A stretch of DNA of 64,000 nt, taken from assembly GCA_043228905.1 (NCBI GenBank), contig JBHGNT010000016.1, positions 16,926,001 to 16,990,000 on the forward strand, given 5' to 3'. The DNA is from Azolla caroliniana (taxonomy: Eukaryota > Plantae > Polypodiophyta). The first letter of the stretch is position 1, and the number at the start of each line of letters is the position of its first letter. Shown piece after piece: positions 36,477 to 47,401 of the stretch. Below the pieces are notes generated by a model. The model had not been told where the DNA came from. It worked only from the letters and a program-made list of their open reading frames with translations, and did no database searches. Both the position numbers and the translations under genes were made by a program.

Positions 36477-39400
36477 ATAGAATGGGTGGCAGCTGAATAG
36501 AATGGGTGCACAAAATATCCGAATAACCAAGGTTCTATCATTTCATGAGAACAATATATTCAAAGAGGAGAAGCGCTTACAGATTTCCGAACGAGCACAT
36601 GCAAGCACTGGTAAAGCAACGAAAGCGAAGAAGAAGACACAAGACCAATGGCACTATCAAACGCCGTGAAGAACTGGTTCAACAAAAATGGGTTACAAGG
36701 GTTCCTTCGGGTAATAGAGGTGACACCACATGAGGAACTGGAAAAGGTCGCGTTGCAAATGGACTTGGAGGAAATCAAAGAGGGCATGGTGCAGGACCTC
36801 ATTGAGTTGCCGGCTGGAAACCTCTACTCGATCGAAAACCCCTCCATTGAGACCTTGAGAGAACACTTTGGGGAGTACTCAATAGCAAGCAAGGCATACC
36901 GCACACAAGGCGAAGAGGACCCTCTATTTCGAGAGGTAGCACCAGCTAACACACAAACAACCGAAGAACCGGTGGCCAACACAGCCCCGATAAATAATTT
37001 TGAGCGGGAATAGGAGATGTCTACCTTGAAAGATGAATTGGCCGCTCAAGAGGCCCTAAGAGGCAGAGAAAGAGAGCAAAAGAAAGCAGCCGAGGATGAA
37101 AATATGAGAATAGAAGAAGCTCTCTAGAAGAGTTCAGCCAACAATGACTGGTTGAAAGAAGAATGTGACAAATTGCTGCAAGAGAAGGACAAGCTCTGGC
37201 GTAGTGCGGAAGTAGAAATTGAATAACTTAAGGAGGAACTCCGATAGTAGAATGAAAGGGAGAACCGCGCACGGTCTCAAATCAACTGTAGGCTAAAGTA
37301 AAAAACGGACGACTTCGATAAGCTGCACCGGGATCACAAGCAACTGGATGCGCAACATAAAAAGTTGGTGATGGAATTGGACCGACAACAAGAGAAGTTG
37401 AGAGAACTTTGGACGGAGGTTGCTAAAAAGTCAGACGTGTTGGCAGAGGAACGGACAAAGGCGGTGGAGATGGCAGAGTAGCTGGAAGAGGTGGCGAGAA
37501 ACAAGATGGAGCTCACACGGCAGTACTATGAAAAGGTGGAATGAGCAATAATGGCTTTGGATAGGGTTCAAACAACCTATCAAACCTAGTTGCTCAACTA
37601 CGAGATGCAAGTACAAGCTATCGCCGCAATGATTAAGAAGCTCAAAGAGGAGAAGCAGGCGGCGGACAATAGCTCAAAGCTGGGAGTAGGCTGGATCCGA
37701 TCAATACTGGTAGCATGGAAAGAACTGACAAAGAGGAGCATTGACGAAAGCTCAATGGAATGGTGGACTCAGTGGTTGCGACAAGTGGTAGAATTGCAAG
37801 TCCTTCGAGCGGACGTAGAAAACTAGAAGAAATTCGTCGATAACTTCTACAAAACGGATGAGAAAAGCTTTGTCACCATCCGGGAGGAGTTGTTGGTTGA
37901 CTTCTTATCCTTAGTGGGAGCTCACCTCAGGGCTTTCCGATAGTTGATCGAGAGATTGGATGATGATCAACTCAACACACAACTCCAATTTGAGCGTTTC
38001 GAATGGGAGCGATGGTAGCGAGAGGTGGCATGAATGACGATGGCAATTAACATTAGTGATGAGGAGCAGTCTGTAGACCCACAACTGTAGCCGGACCAGC
38101 CACCAAATGAAGCCGGATGAGAGCAAGAAGGAGAATTTGGTACGGAGCAGGCAAGGGATGTCGGGACGGAGATACCAATCGGAGCCGGAGGAGAAGGGAA
38201 TGCTAGAGCAGGAGCAAGAATGGAGCAGACACAACCAGACAATGCAGAGCAACAGGAGTAGCAGAGCGAGGAACAACTGGAGCCCCTAGAGCCCCTAGAT
38301 CAGAGTATATTGGACATACTTGATGAGGATTGATCGAGCTACCCCGTGGGTTCGACGTAGAATGTAGTGTCCCACGAGCATGCCATGTGTTGGTCAGGGG
38401 CCAGAGTATGAAATATAGTAAGGATGAGCCAGTTTCAGAAATTAGGAATAGTATTAGTAATTAGAGAAAATTATAGTAGGAATGGGTGGATCCGGATAAG
38501 TTGTACAGATCCAGATCTGGACCAGTTCTTAGCCGGTTGCCGGTTGAGCACCATTTTGTAAAAACAGAACCAGATTCCTATAAAAGGATCCGAAGAACAA
38601 TGTATTGAGGATGGAACTAATACAAGCGGAGTGTTTGTTATCATTGCATATCTAATTCATTTCCTTTCTATGCTTATTGTTTTAATCTTACGCGTGTAAG
38701 CAATCACACTGGAGCCCCTGGAGCCCCTAGATCAAAGTATATTGGACATACTTGATGAGGATTGACAGAGCTACCCCGTAGGTTCGACGTAGAATGTAGT
38801 GTCCCACGAGCATGCCATGTGTTGGTCAGGGGCCAGAGTATGAAATATAGTAGGGATGAGCCGGTTTCAAACATTAGGAATAGTATTAGTAATTAGAGAA
38901 AATTATAGTAGGAATGGGCGGATCCGGATAAGTTGTACCGATCCAGATCTGGACCGGTTCATAGCCGGTTGCCGGTTGGGCACCATTTTGTAAAAACAGA
39001 ACCAGATTCCTATAAAAGGATCCGAAGAGCAATGTATTGAGGATGGAACTAATACAAGCGGAGTGTTTGTTATCATTGCATATCTATTCATTTCCTTTCT
39101 ATGCTTATTGTTTTAATCTTACACGTGTAAGCAATCACACTGGAGCCCCTGGAGCCCCTAGATCAGAGTATATTGGACATACTTGATGAGGATTGACAGA
39201 GCTACCCCGTAGGTTCGACGTAGAATGTAGTGTCCCACGAGCATGCCATGTGTTGGTCAGGGGCCAGACTATGAAATATAGTAGGGATGAGCCGGTTTCA
39301 GAAATTAGGAATAGTATTAGTAATTAGAGAAAATTATAGTAGGAATGGGCGGATCCGGATAAGTTGTACCGATCCAGATCTGGACCGGTTCATAGCTGGT

Positions 39401-39711
39401 TGCTGGTTGGGCACCATTTTGTAAAAACAGAACCAGATTCCTATAAAAGGATCCGAAGAGCAATGTATTGAGGATGGAACTAATACAAGCGGAGTGTTTG
39501 TTATCATTGCATATCTATTCATTTCCTTTCTATGCTTATTGTTTTAATCTTACGCGTGTAAGCAACCATAGGTGTTTGTCTATCTGGAATCGATTTGGGA
39601 GCACCGGATACGAACTAGTCGGAGTTGAATCTTTACCTCGTAACCACCCCTTTGGTGAAGTGTTCCAGAAGGACACCCTGTGTTAGTGGCTAGTTCGGCC
39701 CAAGATTAACA
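36477..39711. mobile_element. LTR element fragment X1: decayed coiled-coil ORF (+, 36648-38333), PBS-like site (-), 461-bp LTR at 39251-39711
   Basis: LTR termini TGTTGGTCAGGGGCC and GGCCCAAGATTAACA are imperfect inverted repeats. Same layout as 54780-56990. No gag or pol seen. Confidence 0.65.
38276..39565. repeat. 431-432-bp tandem triplication of ORF end, PBS-like site and part of the LTR
   Basis: TGTTGGTCAGGGGCC at 38388, 38820 and 39251. The units are near-identical. Confidence 0.95.
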
Positions 39712-40229
39712 AAAATGACCTTCTCATCCTCCCAGCTCTCAACACTAGTTAGACGGATGCCTACACATAGGTTAGTCCTCCTATCTAACAAACCAAGGAA
39801 ATGCACGCCTCAGTCACCACCACCAAACTATGAAGAGGAACTGACAGCCCAGAAGGCGATTATCAAGAATGCCAAAGAGGAAATTTACCACAGGTGCAAG
39901 CAAGCGCAAAAGTGAGAAATCAATTTACAACAACGCCTCAAAGCATGGACGACTGAATATACCAAAGCCCTCCAAGATACGGAAGCAAAAACCACGGTAG
40001 CTCTTTAGGCTGCTAATGATGAATCCACTACCAAGCTCCATGATATGGAACCACAAGGTGTGCTTGCTCTTCAGGTCATGAATGAGATATCCGCTGCCAA
40101 GATCCATGAGATAGAGGAAGGGTATCAACGTGTTGAGAATTAGGTCCCTTTTGGATGGGTTAATCTGGAGTTGGATGAAGTCCTGATGAGTATCTAGAAA
40201 GAAGGTCAAAAGTGTGAATAAGTTTTGAC

Positions 40230-40985
40230 CTGAGCCTACTTAGACGAGTTCTATAAATAGACCGAAAGTTATCTAAGTATAAAGATGACTAGGGCAATCT
40301 TTCTGTGTGTAGAGGGTCGTCTTGTTTATTGTCTGGTAGAGTGTGTAACAAAGTATTGCACGTGTGAGGTCATTGCCTCCATAGCCAAATAGATGTAATG
40401 CATGAGAGTGAGAGAGAAACTGAGCGTGACTTTGTTGCAACCACTAGTTGACAAAGTATATGAACTGAAGTTGGTGCATATGTGTTGGTTTCTTTGTATA
40501 TCTCTCTTATAGTTTTTTTGTCTGGTGTCAGTGGGCACCTGTGCTTTTTTACCCTATTTGGGGTTTTCCAGGATATATCTTGTCTAGTTTCATTTCTGTT
40601 CTCCCTCAATTTCTTCTTGTGTTCCTTATTCCGCATTTGCCTCGGTTGTGTTAACTTTACTGTTATGAGAGTATTTTAGAAAAATGGATGATTCATTTCG
40701 GGGTATGTTCAAGCTAACCGGCTCTAACTATTCAGTGTGAAAGTCGAAGATAAGAAATATGCTAGTCTGCAAAGATTTGTGGCTACCAGTACATATCAGA
40801 ACTAAAAGGTTGGACAAGATTGATGCATCGACTTGGGAAGTGTTGCATCTAAAGGCAGCAAGATACATCATGTGTTTCAAAAAAATGAGTCTATACAACA
40901 ACTTTGATGATGACAACAATGCATATGTCCTTTGGGAGAAGATCGACACCATGTTCGGGAACAACAATGTCGTCAACTTCATATA
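40230..40985 (+). mobile_element. Old remnant of the Copia-A/B family (LTR and gag start)
   Basis: TAAATAGACCGAAAG...TAGTATAAA-like LTR motif. MDDSFRGMFKLTGSNYSV and LWLPVHIRTKRLDKIDA resemble Copia-B gag. Confidence 0.75.
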
Positions 40986-43976
40986 GTTTATGATTAATCT
41001 TTGGATTATGAAGTTTGAACCAAGGCAACCCAAGAACAATTGAATGTTAGGAAATACTTATGATATTGAAAGATACTACACAAGCTAAATTACCAAGAAC
41101 TACATGAATAGCCTTTGATTCTTCAGTAATATCTCCTGATGCAATAGAACGTTGTCATGAAGATTCCCAGCTACGTAGTGAAAAAGGGGGTCAAGAGTGT
41201 GAGATCGAGGTTGCTGACTTGTGTCAAGACCGCTTCTGCTTATTCCCACTTATTGCTCATTTTTCCCCCGAGTTATGAGCCTGTATTCTCACAGTTTATT
41301 GTCTAGGACCAGACCGGAACGTTACATGTCCCCATTCCCTCACAGTCATAGTCTGGCATCCAGGAACGATCCGGATTAGATACGCAGCTGGAAACTAACC
41401 TGCCAAAGACATCCCCACGAGCATCCTACTCCGGCCAGCTCCTTGGTTTGTTATCCCAGTGGTCCTACCCCGTTTCTTCTCACACAATGGTGCTCACAGG
41501 CAGTGTGCAGGAATTGGGCGGAGTTTGAGGGACAACTCCTCAAAAGGTACAGGTCCGATGACTCGCTCCAATTGTTGAAGCATAAATTCATGGAGTGGGT
41601 CGAGAGCCCAGAAAGGGGGGGAACACTTCAGTGCTCCTTCAAGAGTTCGAGATGCGGTTCGCTCATCTCTCGGCATTGGAACAGACAATGCTTGATACGA
41701 GCAAAGTATTGTTGTTCATAAGGTCTGTTGGCGTGGCTGAATGGGAAAAGGTGTGTTTTTAGCTCGAGACAGATGAGGGTCTCACGATCGACTAGGCTGC
41801 GGTGAAAAGGGTTTGTGGCCGCTTTGAGAAGTGGCAATACTGGACCAATGAGGGCGCATCCGTGGTCATGCCGATTGCCGGTAAGAAGCTGGGAGAAGTA
41901 GTTCTGACACAATTGGATGAGACGAGGAAATGGTTGGAGTCAGGGACGGTTCTGGCTAACGTGGCCAGTGGACCAGCTGGAGGCGCAACACTCGAAGAGC
42001 TGACCAAGATGGTGCAGGATCACGCAGGCTCCGAAGGACAACGAGGGTGAATCATGCGACCGAAGCCTGCAATTCAATCAAAGGTGTATATGGTGTGACG
42101 TCGTGGTCACGACTGGAGGAACTGTGCTGAATTTTCAAAGGTGCTTAGGAACAACGTCGTGTACCTTTGGAACGGCCGGTTGCACACCAACGAGACATGG
42201 AGACCCTTAGAGGTGAACATTGGCCGTGGAAAAATGAAGAGGTTGATGGAGGAGGTTGTGGCCTGACAAGTCGAGACTATTCACTACTCGGTTTTCACCG
42301 AGATCCAGGTAGGAGGAGAAAGGAGCATCAACTCTGAGTTCTATCCTCTAGTGTTGGAGGGCCTGTCCAGGGTAAGGCTAAGGAAAGAGGAGGAGAACCA
42401 CGTCGAGAGGCGGATCTAGGAGGTCACCGGGTGGAACGACCCGATCGAAGAAAAGACTTGCTTTGTGGAGGCCACGTGCTAGAACTATGAAGTTCTGGTA
42501 GAAGACAAACGGTCTGGAAAGAGTGTAGGAGTTGGATCCTCGAACCTATATGAAACCTGGAGTGCGCCAAGAGAGAATGACAAAGGCCTGGTTGGCCTGC
42601 ATGAAAGAGCAAAGTTGACGGGTTTCCTGTTGAACTAGGAGATAGAGAGGGTGACAGACTTGTGAAAGGTCTTGGAGGAGTGGATCCTCGATAGCAAAGT
42701 AGAGTTGACATTGAGGGAAGTCTTGGGGATCGCAAAGAAGGAATTTCATGACTCCATCATGGATCTATTGAAATGAAAGTAGCTCTCGACAAAGCCAAAC
42801 CTAGAGAAGCCCGTGGAGGCAAGAGCGCGCACATTGATGAGGTGGCCATAGAAGATGAATTCTTGGACAACCACTACATGAAGCCACATTGGGCGAGGGC
42901 AAGATTGGAGACCATGGTCTGTATCGGGGATGTGAAGGAACCGGTGGTAGCATTCATCGACCACGGGTCAGAGATCAACCTAATGTCAATGGACTTCGAC
43001 AAGAAAGGAAAGTGGCCGATTAACACCAGTCATGGATGGAAGATACGCGCGGCGACCGACGCCATGGAGGAACTTCACAGGGGCATGCACGAACGTTTGG
43101 GTAAAGGTTGGCGACGTCGAGATACACCAACACTTCTTGATGTAGGAGACATCCTCGCATTTGGTGATTCTCGGCGAACCCTACATCACAATGGTCCAAA
43201 TGGAGACGAAGGTGTTGGACAACGGTTCCGCATACACTCGGGTGAAGAGCCTAGACGACAAGCACTCCATCCAATTTCTGATGGTCTGACTGAACCATGA
43301 GTAGAATTGCAAGTCTCTCAGCAACGACAGCTGAGAGGATTTTTAGAGAGGGCTATCAAACCGTCGGGCCGTGACAGTCTAGACACCTTGGAGAAACCCC
43401 ACACTTGTACCATAGTTAGAGAGTTTTGGTCGTCCGATAATGGAGTGTAAAGAATCGGGTATGATTCTTGTGTAACGGAAGAGATGTGTGTTATCTGTAT
43501 GTGTGAGAGGAATTAGAGGAGAGATGAGAGAACACAAGATAGGTAGAAAAAGGAATACTGAAGAAGAAGGTGTATATTTCTCAAGTAGAATAAGAATTAG
43601 AAAATGTAGCATAATAAGGAGTCATAACCGACTTAGTATAAAGTAGGACGGTGCTTTATATAAGGTCACCCTCTCTCTTCATTAACTCATTACAACTTCC
43701 ACTCTCTCTCTAGAACCTTGAGGAATGTGAAGACTCATAGTCATTGGGAATATGGAACTCATTAGTTATGTATCATAGAATCATATTCTATGACACATAG
43801 TTTAATGTGTAGAGAGTGGTATGACTCTTGACCTTTGAGTGCACATAGATTCTCAAAGGTGTGTTCACACGTTGCACTATGTTGAGCTTGATTCTCAACA
43901 TGCCCCCTCAAGCTCAACTCGGGTCGGTTCCTTTTTCTTGATGTCCGCTTCGGATGGTATCCGGTTCAAACGATTT

Positions 43977-46900
43977 TCATTGTCCGCTTCGGCTCATACC
44001 CGGTTCAGACGATATCCGGTTCTTGCTTGTACTCCCCGTCAAGCTTGGCAAGTCAGGGATCATCAATCCAAGATCTGACATGAATTGTTGAAGCTTGTCG
44101 GCTCCTAGGGCCTTCGTGAAGATGTCAGTTGTTTGAAGATTTATATTGATGTGTTGAAGATCGACATCTCCGACTTGAACACGCTCCCGAATGAAGTGAT
44201 AGTGCACTTCGATATGCTTCGTGCATGCGTAAAACACCGGGTTCCGAGCCAGATATATATTGCTCATGTTGTCGCAGTAAATGGGAGTCAGATCCTTGAT
44301 GGGGATGCCCAGATCCTTCAAAATCCTCTTGAGCCATACGGCTTCACATGCAGCTATGGCTTCACCCCTGTATTCGGCCTCCATACTCGAAAGTGCGACG
44401 GTAGGCTGCTTCTTACTACTCCAGGATATTGCTCCACTATCGAGCGAGAAGAAAAATCCGGAGGTCGATCGTCGATCGGCTTTGTAGCCAGCCAAATCCG
44501 CATCCATATACCCTTGAAGTCATATTGGTGTGGCCGATTTGTAGATAATGTCGTAATCCATTGTTCCGCCCACATATACTCGCTTATCACAATCGAAATG
44601 GATATCTCGCAGAGTTTGCATGAATTGTCTAAAGAGTCCAATTGGATAGGTGAGATCGGGTCCTGTGCTTGTGAGATAGATGAGACTCCCGATCAGTTGT
44701 CGATATTGAGTTGGATCGCACTCGTTTGTGCCGGAGTCAGCATCTAGTTTGAGGTTTCGATCGAGAGGCGTAGTGACCGATTTGCTCTCAGTCATCCGGA
44801 ACTTGTATAACAAGTTGAGAATGTAGTGCCGTTGAGAGATCATAATGCCGGCCGGAATCCGAATTACCTTGATGCCTAGGAAGTAATGAAGCTCCTTCAT
44901 GTCCATCATCTCGAATTTGTTGGAGAGGAGGAACTTCACCTTGTTGATGTTGACTAGACTTTCACCTCCAATAACCAGATCATCCACGTATAGGATGATG
45001 ATAATTAGGCTTCTAGAGTCGTGTCGTACGTAGAGGGAGTTGTTGTATTTCGACATTCGAAAGCCGATTTGATGAAGATATTGCGTAATCTTCGAATGCC
45101 AAGCACGCGGTGCTTGCTTGAGGCCGTAGAGAGGCTTCTTGAGTTGGCATACGGCTTTTGGATGAATGCACGATTCGAAGCCGGGTGGTTGTACCATGTA
45201 TACCTTGTCTAATTCTCCTTGAAGAAAGGCGTTCTTGACGTCCATTTGGTGGAGGTGTCACCCTTTTGCCGCTGCAAGTGCGATCACGGTCCGCACCGTC
45301 GTCATCTTTGCCACCGGGGCAAAGGTCTCTTCATAGTCGACTCCATGTGTTTGTGCATATCCTTTCGCTACGAGTCGAGATTTGTAACGGTTTATGGAGC
45401 CGTCAGCATTATATACTTCACCTTGTAGATCCATCTACATTCGATCACCTTCCTGTGCAGTGAGTGGGGAACGAGATCCCATGTGTCGTTCTTGCGTAGT
45501 GCACGCATCTCCTCATTCATTGCTTCGATCGATCGTGGCTTCGGAAAATGTTTCTGGCTCCCGTACTGTTGCCACCTTCATCATAAATGCGTAATGGTAC
45601 ACCATGTACTCATCGTAGCCGAATCGGCTTACAGGGTTCTTTTCACGGGTGGATCGGCGGAGCTTCTCGTTGCAGATTCTAAGGCTTTCTTCACTCCATT
45701 TGTCCGGATGTCAAGGCCTTCGAACTCACTATCAAGGGAGTGAGTCGATTCGATGCCGTCGAAATGATCGTCTTCATACTCCGGCATTTTGGCCCTCCCT
45801 TTGTCTAGCTTCGGACTCGGTCGAGATGTGCTTTGATTGCTCGAAGGCTCTTGTGGTCCGCTCAGTCGGGTCGTGATCGGACTTTCTTCGAACATGTGCG
45901 TAAGGCAATCTTCATCCTCTATCTCTTGTTCGGCGGATTCCGGGTCGAGTAGAATCGGAGATGAAGCTATCTCTGGTGCATACCAGGATGCGGACTCGTA
46001 AAAAATGACGTCTCGACTTACGCGAAATTTTCGAGTCGAGGGGTTGTAGCACTTGTACCCCTTTTGCTCCAGTGAGTATCCGATGAGAATACATTTCTCT
46101 GACTTCGGGTCAAGCATTTGTCGCTTTTTGTCGGGGATGTGCACATACGCAATGGAGCTGAATATCCGAACATGCGATAGGCCCGACTTCCTTCCGAAAA
46201 ACTTCTCGTGCGGCGTGAGGTCATGCACGTCGGATGTCGTACACCAATTCATGACGTATACGGCCATGTTAGCCACTTCTACCCAGTATGAATTCAGCAC
46301 GTGCTTTTCGTTCATCATGGCCCGTTATACTTCAAGGATGTGTTGATTCTTGCGTTCGGCCACTCCGTTTTGTTTTGGCATATGTCGACACAAAAACTCT
46401 CTCCGAATTCCTTCTTTCCGTAGATACGCCGTGAACTCATCCGAGAAATATTCCTTGCCTCCATCTGATCGAAGGCACCATACATGTTGACTCATAGCTT
46501 TTTCGACTCCACTCTGGAATTTTTGCAAGTGTCTGAACACTTCGCTCTTTTGCCGCATCGGGTAGATCCAAGTGTGCCTAGAGAAGTCGTCAATAAAGGT
46601 CATGCAGTATCGGCATCCGCCGAATGTTGCCGTTTGAGCCGGTCCCCATACATTGGAATGAATTACGTCGAGTACGCTTTTGCTTACATTCCTCTCCTTC
46701 GGAAAGGGATGCCGATGTTGCTTGCCAAACTGGCAACCCGCACATACGCCTTCAATCTCTCTCTCATGAAAGGTTGGGAGTCTGATGATGACTCCTTTAG
46801 ATTGCATTGCCTTGAGCTTTTGAAGGTTGATATGGCCAATCCTCTTGTGCCATAGCTCTATGTCGGTGTCAGGTTTGAGGCCCTTTGCATACATGGCCGA

Positions 46901-47401
46901 TTTCACCTCGTTTGACTCGAGGATAAACATTTGACCTTCCTTTCAACCCCGTGCGATGAGTTGGCCTTCCTTCTCGATGAAGCAACCACCTTGGTTAAAT
47001 CGAATTTGCATCCCTTGCTCCACAATCTGGCTGACTGAGACCAAATTCTTCATTATCGTGGGTACATGTAATACATTTTTGATGCAAGTTTGTTCGCCAT
47101 CTTTCCCGAATGGGACATTCTCGACATGCCGAATTAGATTAGTGGTATCGTCTCCGGTCTCAACATAACCGGGCCGATCCGGCTCCCTCAAGTCTCGGAA
47201 CCACTCTTGGTGGGACGTCATATGGTTCGAAGAACCGGAGTCGACGAACCATACATCTTCCAGACCAGAGGCACTAGTTGATGTTGAAGCTGACATAGAG
47301 TTTGCTCTATGTCTCATCAAGAATAGTCCGCCGTAATCGTCGTACTCGGAGTTAGTGGCATAATTCGTGAGTTTTCGCCTTGTGGACGCCAACTCGCGCA
47401 T
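43977..47401 (-). pseudogene. Copia-F pol (protease, integrase, RT, RNase H)
   Basis: WFVDSGSSNHM, LWHKRIGH, LRSDGGKEY, MDVKNAFL, ILYVDDL and SSMEAEY, broken by stops. Confidence 0.92.

Noticed and set aside
39712-39735. Possible self-priming PBS (TTCTCATCCTC versus GAGGATGGAA in the LTR)
   Set aside because: Only 7 contiguous matches, and the equivalent LTR end in X2 abuts host DNA.
39712-41480. Unassigned segments flanking the old Copia remnant
   Set aside because: Probably decayed TE sequence, but no motif or boundary could be supported.
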